Shown here piece by piece: positions 26,764-36,203 of a stretch of 59,260 nt of DNA. Position 1 is the stretch's first letter. Every line of letters starts with the position of its first letter. Origin of the DNA: an uncultured virus (IMG/VR IMGVR_UViG_2061766007_004337) (Duplodnaviria; Heunggongvirae; Uroviricota; Caudoviricetes); the IMG/VR virus record IMGVR_UViG_2061766007_004337, one strand, 5' to 3'. The notes below the pieces were generated by a model. That model was not told the origin of the DNA, made no database searches, and worked only from the letters and a program-made list of their open reading frames with translations. A program made the translations under genes and the position numbers.

Positions 26764-29700
26764 AGCGCCAACCTCGCATTCAGTTTCTGATTCTGTCCGA
26801 GTCCGCTGTCAATGGCGGGCAGGAGCCTGCCGACCAGCGTACCGTCATCCAGATAAATGCCCTTGCCGCTGTTGTCGGCAATGACCTTCAGATATCTCTC
26901 CAGTGCGCCGAGGTTCAGCTTGCTGTCGAGCATCGCCTCCAGCTGCCGGTAGAATCCGGCAAGGGGCAGGATCGCCTCCGCGCCGGCCTCGCCGCCAGCC
27001 ATGAGAGCGGAGCCGTTCATGCCGAACACAGTCGGCTTCGCCATGATGCCGCCTTCCTTGTACCAGTCAATGGACAGGTGCGGTACGCTCGGCGGCGAGA
27101 TGGACAGAGTGCCGGTCACGCGAAAGTGCGGCAGCTTGATATGCGGGAGCTGGATATTCAGCCCGGAGAAGAAGCCCTTGATGGCGTCGATCATGGATTT
27201 GACCTTGTCCTTCGCGGCTTCAATGGGCGTTGTGATGGCGGCCTTGATCCCGTTCCACACGGAGGTGGCCGTGGATTTGATTCCGTTGAAAATAGAGGTC
27301 ACAGTGCTTTTCACAGCATTAAAGGCCGTGCTCACCTTGCTCTTGATGCCGTCAACCACGGTGCTGATCGCGGTTTTTATTCCGTTCCAGAGCGGAGAGA
27401 CAAAAGCCTTGATCGCATTGAAGACCGTGGTCACCACGCTCTTGATGGCTTCCAGGGCGGCGGACACCTTTGTGCTGATAGTGTTCCAGATGGTGGAGAT
27501 CACGTTGTGGATCGCCGTCATCACCGCGCTTATAGTCTGGGATACCGCGTCAATGGCAGAGGAAACAGCAGACTTTATAGCCTCCCATACAGCCTCTACT
27601 GTCTCGCGGCAGTTCTCCCAGATGAAACGGAACGGCAGCGTGATGATGTCCCACGCCGCCTCCAGGATGGAGCCGATCAGCATGACGCCGGTCTGCACCA
27701 CGTTTTTGATCGTCTCCCATACAGAGGAGAAGAAGCTCGTGATGCCGTTCCACACGTTGGTGAAGAAGGTGCTGACCGAAGTCCACACGGCAGACCAGCT
27801 CGTGCCGAACCAGCCGAGAAAGACGTCTACCACCCCGCGGATGGTCTCAAGGGCGGTGCTGATCCACCCCTCGATGCCGTTCCAGACAGAGGAGAAGACC
27901 TCCTTCACACCGTTCCAGGCTTGAGACCAGTTGCCCGTGAAAATGCCGATGAAAACATCAAGGATACCGGTGATGACTCCGAGCACCGTTTCCAAAGCCA
28001 CGGATATGGCTTTGAACGCGCCCTCGAAAACGGGAGCGAGGATCTTGCAGAAGCCGTCCCAGATCTTCTTGATCGCGGAGGTTATATCTTCAAAAGAAAT
28101 GCCGAGAGCGGAGAGCCGCTCCCTGATCCCTTCGACAAAATTCGACACGGTGGTCTTGATCTTTTTCCACGTGCCGAGAATAGCTTCCCGGAAGCTGTCG
28201 TTCGTTTTCCAGAGATGCACGAAGGCGGCGACTAGGACAGCAATAACGGCCACGACAGCAAGCACCGGGGCGGATATGCCGCCGAGCGCGGCTCCCAACT
28301 TGCCGAGAAGCCCTGTGCCGCTTGACACGGCGATCTTCAGCTTGCCGAATCCCTTCGCCAGACTGACAAATCCTTTCATTGCGCTGCCTGTCGTTGATAT
28401 CAGCTTGCCGAGAATGATCAGAAACGGTCCAATTGCGGCAACGATAGCCGCTATTCTGACAATAGATTGACGCTGAGCGTCACTCATGCTGTTGAGCTTG
28501 TCAACGAAAGCCTGGATCTTTGACACCACGTTGCGGATCATTGGCATCAGAACTTCACCGAAGGAAATGGCGAGTTCCTGGAGCTGAGATTTCAGAATCG
28601 TCAGCTGCCCGGCGAGGTTGTCCTGCATGGTATCCGCCATCTGCTGCGCGGTGCCGTCACAGTTGGCGATCGCGCTGTTCAGCTTGTCAATATCCTCCGG
28701 GGCGGCGTTCATGACCGCGAGGAAGCCTGACATGGCATTTTTGCCGACCAGGGCTTCCGCTGCGGCAGCGGCCTCAGACTCAGTCATCTGCCCAAAGTAC
28801 ACGCGCAGATCGCCGAGAATGTCTCCCAGCTCACGCATGGAGCCGTCAGCGTTTGCCGTGGCAATGGTGACGTCACCGAAGGCGGCTCCGGACAGTTCCA
28901 GGTTGCCCTGCAGCTTGGTCATCATGGTACGCAGAGCGGTACCGGCCTGGGTGCTCTTGATGCCGGCATTTGCCATGAGACCGATAGCCTCCGCAACGTC
29001 CTCGGCGGAGTAGCCGAGCGCGCCGGCTATAGGCGCGGCGTACTTGAAGGTCTCGCCCATCATGGCGACATTGGTGTTAGCATTGCTGGACGCAGCCGCA
29101 AGGATATCCGCGAAATGCCCGGAGTCCGCAGCTGTGAGCCCGAAGGCCGTCAGTGCGTCCGTCACGATATCCGAGGTGGTAGCCAGGTCTTCGCCGGAGG
29201 CGGCGGCAAGGGCCATGATGCCTTCAATGCCGTCAAGCATGTCCCCGGTCTTCCAACCAGCCATCGCCATGTAGTTCATGGCCTCGGCGGCTTCAGAGGC
29301 GGAGAATTTGGTGGTCGCACCCATTTCCCGGGCTTTGTCCCGGAGTGCCTGCAGATCGTCGCCCGCAGCGCCGGATACAGCAGCCACCTTGCTCATTGCC
29401 TCGTCAAAATCGGAGGCGGTCTTGACGGCGGCAGTGCCGAGGCCGACGATGCCCAGGGTTACGGGCATCATTTTCTGACCGACCCCGGCAATGGCGTCGC
29501 CGGTCTGCTGCATCTTCGTGCCGACAACGTCCATCCGCTCAAGGACCTGGTTTGTATTCAGCGCCTCTTCCTGCAGACGGCGGAGTTCCTGCTCGGTCTC
29601 GATGATCTCCCTCTGCAGAGCGTCGTACTTGTCCTGGCCGAGAGTGCCGTTCTCCAGCTGCTCCTTTGCCTGGGCCTGCGCCTGTTTGAGAGACTCCAGC

Positions 29701-29912
29701 TTTTCCTTTGTCGCGCCGATGGACTGCTGCAGGAGTTTGTGCTTCTGCGAAAGAAGCTCGGTGTTGGAGGGGTCCAGCTTCAGCAGCTTCGTGACATCCT
29801 TCAGCGCGGTCTGTGTCTGTTTGATCGTGGTGTTGACGGACCTGAGAGCTTTCTCAAGACCTGTGGTATCGCCGCCGATCTCAACAGTGATGCCCTTGAT
29901 CCTGCCTGCCAT
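26760..29912 (-). CDS. Tape measure protein (TP901 family)
   Basis: MAGRIKGITVEIGGD, TKFSASEAAEAM, Trp-periodic repeats, AGGEAGAEAILPL. Confidence 0.96.
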   Translation of the reverse strand: MAGRIKGITVEIGGDTTGLEKALRSVNTTIKQTQTALKDVTKLLKLDPSNTELLSQKHKLLQQSIGATKEKLESLKQAQAQAKEQLENGTLGQDKYDALQREIIETEQELRRLQEEALNTNQVLERMDVVGTKMQQTGDAIAGVGQKMMPVTLGIVGLGTAAVKTASDFDEAMSKVAAVSGAAGDDLQALRDKAREMGATTKFSASEAAEAMNYMAMAGWKTGDMLDGIEGIMALAAASGEDLATTSDIVTDALTAFGLTAADSGHFADILAAASSNANTNVAMMGETFKYAAPIAGALGYSAEDVAEAIGLMANAGIKSTQAGTALRTMMTKLQGNLELSGAAFGDVTIATANADGSMRELGDILGDLRVYFGQMTESEAAAAAEALVGKNAMSGFLAVMNAAPEDIDKLNSAIANCDGTAQQMADTMQDNLAGQLTILKSQLQELAISFGEVLMPMIRNVVSKIQAFVDKLNSMSDAQRQSIVRIAAIVAAIGPFLIILGKLISTTGSAMKGFVSLAKGFGKLKIAVSSGTGLLGKLGAALGGISAPVLAVVAVIAVLVAAFVHLWKTNDSFREAILGTWKKIKTTVSNFVEGIRERLSALGISFEDITSAIKKIWDGFCKILAPVFEGAFKAISVALETVLGVITGILDVFIGIFTGNWSQAWNGVKEVFSSVWNGIEGWISTALETIRGVVDVFLGWFGTSWSAVWTSVSTFFTNVWNGITSFFSSVWETIKNVVQTGVMLIGSILEAAWDIITLPFRFIWENCRETVEAVWEAIKSAVSSAIDAVSQTISAVMTAIHNVISTIWNTISTKVSAALEAIKSVVTTVFNAIKAFVSPLWNGIKTAISTVVDGIKSKVSTAFNAVKSTVTSIFNGIKSTATSVWNGIKAAITTPIEAAKDKVKSMIDAIKGFFSGLNIQLPHIKLPHFRVTGTLSISPPSVPHLSIDWYKEGGIMAKPTVFGMNGSALMAGGEAGAEAILPLAGFYRQLEAMLDSKLNLGALERYLKVIADNSGKGIYLDDGTLVGRLLPAIDSGLGQNQKLNARLAL

Positions 29913-29929
29913 GACTCCTCACCTCTGTG

Positions 29930-30124
29930 TCAGAATTTGTCGAAATCCGCCTGCCCGGCGATGCGGGCATACTTCACGCCGTCGTTGGACTTTTCCGTCC
30001 ACATATCCACGACCAGGCCCACGGTGAGCAGGTCGAGGTCGTGGATACCAATTCCCAATTCCACACAGCGCAGAAGGAACAGCGGCGTGGTCATTTCCCG
30101 CTCACTTCTGCCCTGGCTTTTTTT
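29930..30124 (-). CDS. C-terminal (gpT-like) part of the tail assembly chaperone, reached by -1 frameshift
   Basis: -1 frame open from the A7 run to the stop at 29930. Confidence 0.65.
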   Translation of the reverse strand, partial: KKSQGRSEREMTTPLFLLRCVELGIGIHDLDLLTVGLVVDMWTEKSNDGVKYARIAGQADFDKF

Positions 30125-30465
30125 GCGGCTACCTCCGTCGCCATGTTCTCGCCCCAAAGCTCAAGAATCTGAGGCAGAACCTCATAGATGGAGAACATGT
30201 CGAACTGGTCGAGCCATTCGTCGATATCCGCGGGAATCGTGTGATCGGCATGATAGGCCATGACGTAGGCCACGTTCTCGAAGATCTCAAGATCCTCGAT
30301 TTGGAAGGATTCGCCCTCTTCGGTGCGGCCCTTGTAGGACTTTTCCAGCCGGGACAGGTCTTTGAAGATGTCCCGCTTGAACTTCGCCCGGTACAGTCTG
30401 GGAATAGTCGCGGAGGAGCGGAAAGGGATCTTCTTACCGCAGATCTCAATCTCGCGCATGATCAT
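30091..30465 (-). CDS. Tail assembly chaperone (gpG-like)
   Basis: Between major tail and tape measure genes; EWLDQF; ends near a slippery site. Confidence 0.8.
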   Translation of the reverse strand: MIMREIEICGKKIPFRSSATIPRLYRAKFKRDIFKDLSRLEKSYKGRTEEGESFQIEDLEIFENVAYVMAYHADHTIPADIDEWLDQFDMFSIYEVLPQILELWGENMATEVAAKKARAEVSGK

Positions 30466-30478
30466 GGGTCAGCCCTCC

Positions 30479-31066
30479 TTACTCATTCTCTTCCGCAGCG
30501 GCAGCGGGAAGGTACACGCTCTGATACCAGCCGGCATAGGTCGCGGCGTCCGTGGTATCGCCCGTGCGGCTCTTGACCAGACCGTCCTCACGGGGATCGG
30601 CGGTGAGGGAGAGCGTTTCGGTGCCAGGCTCGATGGTCTCCTCCTTGGTCTCGGACTCGATAGACGGGCGGGACGCGCTACAGTTGTAGAGGACATGGCG
30701 GATAGCCCGCTCGTCGCCGTCAAACTCAAAGAGCAGGGCGAATTTCACGCTTTCCGTGGTATCCGCTTTCTCAACCAGGACGCCGTTCGCATCCAGCGCT
30801 TCCTTCAGGATCTCGGTACGGAACCACTCCGGGATGAGAGCAATCTCAAGATCGCCGCTGTAGCCATTATTGGCGTAGGAGCGGAAATACACGATACCGT
30901 CGGCGTAAAACGGAGAGCTTTCACCCTCCGCGTCCAGGCTGATACTGACGGCGCCGGGGATCGCTCTCGGGGCGGCATAGGAATAGCTCGTCACACCCTC
31001 CGTGACAGTGGTGGTCAGCTTCGCGGCGTGAACATTTTTCAGATTGTATTTGACTTTATTGCCCAT
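30479..31066 (-). CDS. Major tail protein (phi13 family)
   Basis: NKVKYNLKNVH, FYADG, FALLFEFDGD. Confidence 0.92.
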   Translation of the reverse strand: MGNKVKYNLKNVHAAKLTTTVTEGVTSYSYAAPRAIPGAVSISLDAEGESSPFYADGIVYFRSYANNGYSGDLEIALIPEWFRTEILKEALDANGVLVEKADTTESVKFALLFEFDGDERAIRHVLYNCSASRPSIESETKEETIEPGTETLSLTADPREDGLVKSRTGDTTDAATYAGWYQSVYLPAAAAEENE

Positions 31067-31070
31067 AGGT

Positions 31071-31388
31071 TTATGCCTCCATTTCAAAAGAGTAGAGGAC
31101 CTCATAGAGCCGCTCGGACTCGATCCAGACCTCTGTTTTATCGTAAAAAATACCGTGCTGATCAAGCACGGCTTCTACTCGCGACTCCAGATCCGTATCC
31201 TTAAAATCGGTATACAGCTCCAGATGAACCAGATTGATTTTGAAATAAACACGGCCGTCAGCTGCGAAATTGTCACTGCCCGGGAGCAGATAAAGGAGAA
31301 AGGGCGGATCCGGAGATTCGCCTTCAGCAAAATGATCGTAAGCATTCGGCAACCCGATCTCCTGAACGATCGTAAGCAGTTCATCCAT
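31071..31388 (-). CDS. Tail terminator/completion protein
   Basis: AYDHF...PPF...NFAADG...ELYT; position. Confidence 0.8.
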   Translation of the reverse strand: MDELLTIVQEIGLPNAYDHFAEGESPDPPFLLYLLPGSDNFAADGRVYFKINLVHLELYTDFKDTDLESRVEAVLDQHGIFYDKTEVWIESERLYEVLYSFEMEA

Positions 31389-31764
31389 TCCGAATCATCC
31401 TCTCGATCTGCCGCTCCAGTTCTTCCACACCGTGTTCCTCTGCCGGAGCGATATGGGGAATTGCCCTGGTGCGGCCTCCGTTGCGCTTGGCGTGACCGTG
31501 CTCCAGCAGGTGGGCCAACTGATACCGGTTGCGGGAGTGAACCGTCACTTCCAGGGCGTGGGAGTTTTCCTGCGTGTTCTTGACGGCCCAGCTCTTGGCA
31601 TACTTGCCGCTGGCTGCGGGAGCTCCCGCTTTGATCTCGTCCCGAACCTGTTTGCCGACGTCCGTTACCGCGGCCTTCATGCCTTCGGTGGTTGTATCTG
31701 CGAACTCCCGCAGCTCTTTCATAACAGCCTCGGCAAGGTTTCCGACAGAAACACGGCGGCTCAT
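31381..31764 (-). CDS. HK97 gp10-family protein
   Basis: GKYAKSW...HLLEHGHA...PHIAPA. Confidence 0.88.
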   Translation of the reverse strand: MSRRVSVGNLAEAVMKELREFADTTTEGMKAAVTDVGKQVRDEIKAGAPAASGKYAKSWAVKNTQENSHALEVTVHSRNRYQLAHLLEHGHAKRNGGRTRAIPHIAPAEEHGVEELERQIERMIRNG

Positions 31765-32093
31765 CTTTCGACCCTCCGGCAGTGCAGCTTTACGGCTTTT
31801 CTTTTGAAGTTCATGTGATCGACTCCGATGATCTCATATACGGAGGCGCGAAACAGAAGACGGAAGCCGGTAGAGGTGATGGCGGCGGTTTTGTCGCACC
31901 AGCGCAAGGTAAAATCAATTTTGCTGTCATCCCATACGACTCCGGCTTCCGTGTTTTCCTTCGGAGACTCGGCGGAGACCGTTGCGTGGCAGGAAAAGTA
32001 ATCCGTCCATGTGTTTATATGATTGCCTACGCGGTCAACGTTGACGGTGTTTTCCTGTATCACAACGCGCTCGTTCAGCCTTGCGATATTCAT
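31761..32093 (-). CDS. Head-tail adaptor (head closure protein)
   Basis: LNERVVIQ...GN...W...YEIIGVD. Confidence 0.85.
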   Translation of the reverse strand: MNIARLNERVVIQENTVNVDRVGNHINTWTDYFSCHATVSAESPKENTEAGVVWDDSKIDFTLRWCDKTAAITSTGFRLLFRASVYEIIGVDHMNFKRKAVKLHCRRVER

Positions 32094-32371
32094 CAGAACG
32101 CAGGCCTCCTGTCTCCGAAGAGCAGGTCTCTCAGCGAGAGAACGAGCGCGTGATGATCCGCTTCCTCCCGATGCTCGTACAGATAGGCGACGGCGTACAG
32201 AACAGCAATGCGGCCGGTTTCAAAAACGGTCAGGTAATCCTCCTCGGAGTCGACACGCGCGACGTCCATGCAGAGCTTTTCCGCCGCGAGGATCGTGTTG
32301 GTGATCAGAAGGTCGTCCTCGTCATGATCGACCCGGAGATAGTTTTTCATTTCAGCCAGTGTTACGAGCAT
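32093..32371 (-). CDS. Head-tail connector (gp6-like)
   Basis: KNYLRVDHDEDDLLI...YEHRE. Confidence 0.9.
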   Translation of the reverse strand: MLVTLAEMKNYLRVDHDEDDLLITNTILAAEKLCMDVARVDSEEDYLTVFETGRIAVLYAVAYLYEHREEADHHALVLSLRDLLFGDRRPAF

Positions 32372-32436
32372 GGCAGAGCCTCCTCAGCGGGAGGGAGGCC
32401 AAACCCGTTTACTCGGATTTAGCCTCCCGGGTGAAA

Positions 32437-33651
32437 TCAGGTGCCCGAAGACGCGGTGCCCTTCAGCTTGAGGACCTTGATCGCCTCGGGCAGGATCAGC
32501 TTGCCGTCAACGCGCTGATTGCCGATGAAGCCGACCTGGCCGGTGGCGGCGTAGAGCTCGTTGAGGCGCTTGAAGGTGCGGCCGGTACGGTCGGCGATCC
32601 AGTAGTAGGAGAAATCGCCGAACGCGATGCCCTTCGCCCCGGCAGCGATCGTGGGCATAAAGGGAGAGGTGATGACCTCGCAGCCGAGGATCTTGTTGGG
32701 CGTACCGGCAACAAGAGAGGGCTCCCACAGATACTGCCCGGTGCTGTCCTTCAGCTTGCGGAGGGCGCTGACAGTGGTATCGTTCATGATCCACTTGGCC
32801 TTCTTGCGGTAGGGAACGCGGAGAGAGTAGTAGAGGTCGATCACCTCATCGGCGGTGATGGCGGTGCCGGACGCGGTAGTCACGCCGATCTCAGCGCCAC
32901 CGGTCTCGGCGAGGATACCGGTGGGCTTGCCGGTCCCGTCGCCGATGAAGAAAGCCTCTTCCTCCTTGGTGCCGATGCGACGACCGAACTCACGGGTGAT
33001 GTAGTTCTCGAGCGGGAAGGCGGAGTCGTTGAGCAGCTCCTCAGACACCTTGATCAGAGTCCCGAGCTTATAGGCGCCAAGGGAGATCTGGCCGAAGGCG
33101 TCATCGCTCTCGCCGTAGGTTCCTTCCTCATCGATCCAGGCAGCGGTGCCCTTGGAGGCGACGACCGGGATCTTGCGGTCGCCGCTGTTGGAGTGGATGA
33201 CCGTGGCGATGCGGCGGAAGAAGTTCTCTTCCTCCAGGGCCTCGATCAGGGTGTGCTCGAATTCGTCGGGCACCAGGTAGCCGCCCTCGGTCTCGGTGCC
33301 CACCTGCAGAGCGTTGATGACGGCAGAACTGGGGAACTTGGAGCGCATGACGTTCCAGAAGTTTGCCTTGTACTCGTCGGAGGCGCGGCCGGTTTTCATG
33401 TCGGCCTTGGCGCCGTCCGGCTTGCTGGTGAGCGGAGCGGCAGTGGGCTTGTTCAGCTCACGCTCAATGGCGTCAGCACGCTCCTGGCGGTCGATCTCCT
33501 TGCCGAGATTGACGATATCCTGCTCCATACGCTCATAGGCCTCGGTATCCTCCGCAGTGAGGATGCCGTTTTCGTTGCGGTGAGAATCCAGGAAGCTCTT
33601 GGCCTCTTCCCAGATGCGGGCGCGCTTCACACGAAGTTCGTTAGTGTTCAT
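32437..33651 (-). CDS. Major capsid protein (HK97 fold)
   Basis: Delta-domain coiled coil, GGYLVP, SEELLND, GDGTGKPTGI, FGDFSYY. Confidence 0.97.
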   Translation of the reverse strand: MNTNELRVKRARIWEEAKSFLDSHRNENGILTAEDTEAYERMEQDIVNLGKEIDRQERADAIERELNKPTAAPLTSKPDGAKADMKTGRASDEYKANFWNVMRSKFPSSAVINALQVGTETEGGYLVPDEFEHTLIEALEEENFFRRIATVIHSNSGDRKIPVVASKGTAAWIDEEGTYGESDDAFGQISLGAYKLGTLIKVSEELLNDSAFPLENYITREFGRRIGTKEEEAFFIGDGTGKPTGILAETGGAEIGVTTASGTAITADEVIDLYYSLRVPYRKKAKWIMNDTTVSALRKLKDSTGQYLWEPSLVAGTPNKILGCEVITSPFMPTIAAGAKGIAFGDFSYYWIADRTGRTFKRLNELYAATGQVGFIGNQRVDGKLILPEAIKVLKLKGTASSGT

Positions 33652-33668
33652 TGGTATACCTCCTGAAA

Positions 33669-34406
33669 TTATGGTTTGATAAGATTCAGCCGCTCCATCA
33701 GTTCGTTAACGGAACGGCCCGGCTTTTCTTCCGGCGCAGTCGGTTCCTTTGGGGGCGCCGTTTTTGCGGTAAGCTTGTTCAAAAGAGCGGCTTCCGCCGC
33801 CTTGCCGGAAAACGCGTAAGCCGGTACCTCCGCCGTGAGCTTTTCATCGGTGAGGATGTCATCGGCAAAGCCAAGCTCAATGGCCTTCTTCGCGTTCATC
33901 CAGGTTTCGCTGTCCATCAGGTGCGACAGCTTCGCGCGGGTGAGACTGGTTTTGATTTCATAGGCGTTGATGATGCTTTCCTTGACTTCCGCCAGCATGT
34001 CAATTGCCTTCTGCATATCCTCATGATCGCCGAAGGCGGCTGTCATGGGATTGTGGATCATCATGAGAGCCGTAGGCGCCATAAGGACTCTGGTTCCGGC
34101 CATGGCAATGACCGATGCCGCGGAAGCCGCGATGCCGTCGATCTTTACCGTGACGTTTCCCTTGTAGTCCATGAGCATGGAATAGATCTGGCTTGCCGCG
34201 ACGCAGTCGCCGCCCGGGCTGTTGATCCAGACGACAACATCGCCGTCCCCGGCAAAAAGCTCATCGCGGAACATCTGCGGTGTGACGTCATCGTCAAACC
34301 AGCTTTCCTCCGCGATGGTTCCGTACAGCTCAAGGACTCTTTCCTCTGCGGGATCCGCGTCCGCCTGGTTAATCCAGTTCCAGAACTTCCTGTTCTGAGG
34401 TTTCAT
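33669..34406 (-). CDS. Clp-type prohead protease
   Basis: INSPGG, AASAASVIA, MMIHNP, ETWM. Confidence 0.93.
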   Translation of the reverse strand: MKPQNRKFWNWINQADADPAEERVLELYGTIAEESWFDDDVTPQMFRDELFAGDGDVVVWINSPGGDCVAASQIYSMLMDYKGNVTVKIDGIAASAASVIAMAGTRVLMAPTALMMIHNPMTAAFGDHEDMQKAIDMLAEVKESIINAYEIKTSLTRAKLSHLMDSETWMNAKKAIELGFADDILTDEKLTAEVPAYAFSGKAAEAALLNKLTAKTAPPKEPTAPEEKPGRSVNELMERLNLIKP

Positions 34407-35667
34407 CGGATTCGCTTGCCTCCTTGGTCGTAGAATTGTTATTTGCAAAAGCGCCCGCGCTGACGAGCGGGAGCATATTGCCGTTGATGAGATACAGGTC
34501 TCCGCCTTCCTCAGCCGGAATACGGTCAAGATTCTCCAGTTCTCGGATATCATTGGCGGACATCCAGCCGTTCTGCCTTGCTGTCGCATAGCCGGCCATC
34601 CTGCTCTGATAGTCTCCGCGGAGGAGACCCTCGACATTGAATTTCACAAAATACCGCGTTTTCTCCTCCGGCGTCAGCAGAGAGCGCTGAATGGACTGCT
34701 CCCAGCGCACGACCCAGGGATCAAGCGTGTATTTCACGAACTCAAGAGACTGCTGCTCAATATTTGAAAAGCTCGACTTTTCCAAATCCCCGACCATATG
34801 CGGCGGGACGCGGAAAATTCGAGCTATCTCATTGATCTGAAATTTTCTGGTTTCCAGGAACTGCGCCTGCTCCGGGGAGATGGAGATGGGCGTGTATTTC
34901 ATGCCCTCCTCCAGCACGGCGATTTTGCCGCTGTTCGCGCTCCCGCCGAACTGAGACTGCCACGCCTCCCGAACGCGGGCGGGGTCTTTTATCGTCCCCG
35001 GATGCTCCAGAACGCCTGAGGGAGCCGCACCGTTTGCAAAGAACTTAGCGCCGTACTCCTCAGTCGCTATTGCAAGCCCGATCGCGTTCTTGGCCATTGC
35101 GATCGGGCTGTAGCCGACAAGACCGTCAAAGCCCAGGCCGGGGATGTGCAGAACGTCCTGCGGCCGGAGAAGAACCCGACCGACGTCACCGGTCTTGGCT
35201 TCGTCCGTTGAGCGCGTATAGATGTAATAGAGCTGACCCTTGTCATCGCGGTCAACTTCCATCTTGTTGGGCATCAGCGGGTACAGGGCTATGACTTCGC
35301 CCTTGCCGTTCCGGATGACCTGCGCGTAGGCGTTGCCCCACAGGAGCAGATGCGTCATCAGCGTCTCCCGGAAAACGAACGAGCTCATCTCCGGGTTGGG
35401 CTCATCATGGAGCAGCAGATACAGCGGATGATCAATAGCCTTTTCTTTGCCGCCGCTCTCTGTGTAACGGTAAAGATGCACAGGGAGACCGGCAACAGCC
35501 TCCGCGAGAATGCGGACGCAGGAATAAACCGCCGTCATCTGCATGGAGGACCGCTCAGTTACAGATTTCCCGGCGGTGGTGCTGCCCATGAAAAAGCTGT
35601 AGCTGCTGCCCGCTGTGCTGTTTTGGGGCTTGTCCCGAGACCGGAACAGCCCGGAAAAAATGCTCAT
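34369..35667 (-). CDS. Portal protein (HK97 family)
   Basis: AVYSCV...PNPEM...GYSPI...EIARIFRVPP; ATG at 35667 after AAGGAGG. Confidence 0.96.
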   Translation of the reverse strand: MSIFSGLFRSRDKPQNSTAGSSYSFFMGSTTAGKSVTERSSMQMTAVYSCVRILAEAVAGLPVHLYRYTESGGKEKAIDHPLYLLLHDEPNPEMSSFVFRETLMTHLLLWGNAYAQVIRNGKGEVIALYPLMPNKMEVDRDDKGQLYYIYTRSTDEAKTGDVGRVLLRPQDVLHIPGLGFDGLVGYSPIAMAKNAIGLAIATEEYGAKFFANGAAPSGVLEHPGTIKDPARVREAWQSQFGGSANSGKIAVLEEGMKYTPISISPEQAQFLETRKFQINEIARIFRVPPHMVGDLEKSSFSNIEQQSLEFVKYTLDPWVVRWEQSIQRSLLTPEEKTRYFVKFNVEGLLRGDYQSRMAGYATARQNGWMSANDIRELENLDRIPAEEGGDLYLINGNMLPLVSAGAFANNNSTTKEASESDETSEQEVLELD

Positions 35668-35677
35668 TTCTGCCTCC

Positions 35678-35705
35678 TTGATTTTGCGGTTATATGTGGT
35701 ATACT
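35678..35705 (+). promoter_or_regulatory. Sigma-A promoter driving the riboswitch
   Basis: TTGATT-16 nt-TATACT with extended -10 TGTG. Confidence 0.7.
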
Positions 35706-35710
35706 GAGAG

Positions 35711-35796
35711 CACCTATAAAGAGTGCGCGAGAGACAAGCTCGTTGACCGCACGACAACCTGCCGAAAGGTAAGGTGCCAAAGCTTGAACGATGGGG
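35711..35796 (+). ncRNA. SAM-I-type (S-box; P4-less) riboswitch aptamer
   Basis: CCTAT-AAAGAG, P2 GTGCG/CGCAC with GAG..TGA kink-turn, loop CAAG pairing with CTTG, GACAACC..GGTGCC P3, AA, 3' GATGGG. Confidence 0.78.
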
Positions 35797-35811
35797 ATCA
35801 AAAGAATGCGT

Positions 35812-35842
35812 CAGCCCCATCGGACGATGGGGTTGTTTTTAT
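35812..35842 (+). terminator. Riboswitch expression-platform terminator
   Basis: CAGCCCCATCG-GA-CGATGGGGTTG then TTTTT; 5' arm is also complementary to the aptamer 3' strand CGATGGGG. Confidence 0.8.
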
Positions 35843-35882
35843 GCCTCTTTATGGGAATTATTCGTAAAGGGGTATTATTGTT

Positions 35883-36203
35883 ATGAGTCAATCGAATGAA
35901 GTCCTTATGTGGCATGTCGCTCTTCGTCCGGATGGGGGCCTGCAACCAATCGTCGCGGCATCAATCCCGTTTGATGTTGAATTGCTAAAGGCACTTCTTC
36001 AAACAGACCGTCCGGGCGCAAAAGTCGTTTCACTTGATGCGGATCATCATTACATGTTCGCATATGACAACAACCTGCAAAGGCCATACCCGAGTGTTAT
36101 GATCTTCAGATATGAGGAAACAGACGCTGGCAACATCGTCCGGGATTTGCGGCAAGAGGATATGCGCGCCGTCCAGTATGCCTATAACTGTCTGCTGAAT
36201 TAA
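35883..36203 (+). CDS. Riboswitch-controlled hypothetical protein (106 aa)
   Basis: AAAGGGG RBS; fills the gap between portal and terL on the opposite strand. Confidence 0.75.
   Translation: MSQSNEVLMWHVALRPDGGLQPIVAASIPFDVELLKALLQTDRPGAKVVSLDADHHYMFAYDNNLQRPYPSVMIFRYEETDAGNIVRDLRQEDMRAVQYAYNCLLN

Noticed and set aside
27200..28200. Periodic repeats in the tape measure gene
   Set aside because: Ordinary Trp-spaced tape-measure repeats
626..33666. Long opposite-strand ORFs (e.g. 626-1990, 4094-5446, 15304-16833, 22112-23959, 32359-33666)
   Set aside because: Antisense shadows of clear genes in GC-rich DNA, with no motifs or RBS
35753..35783. c-di-GMP-I riboswitch (GAAA tetraloop, CAAAGC)
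   Set aside because: No matching second stem or tetraloop receptor; the whole region fits the SAM-I layout better
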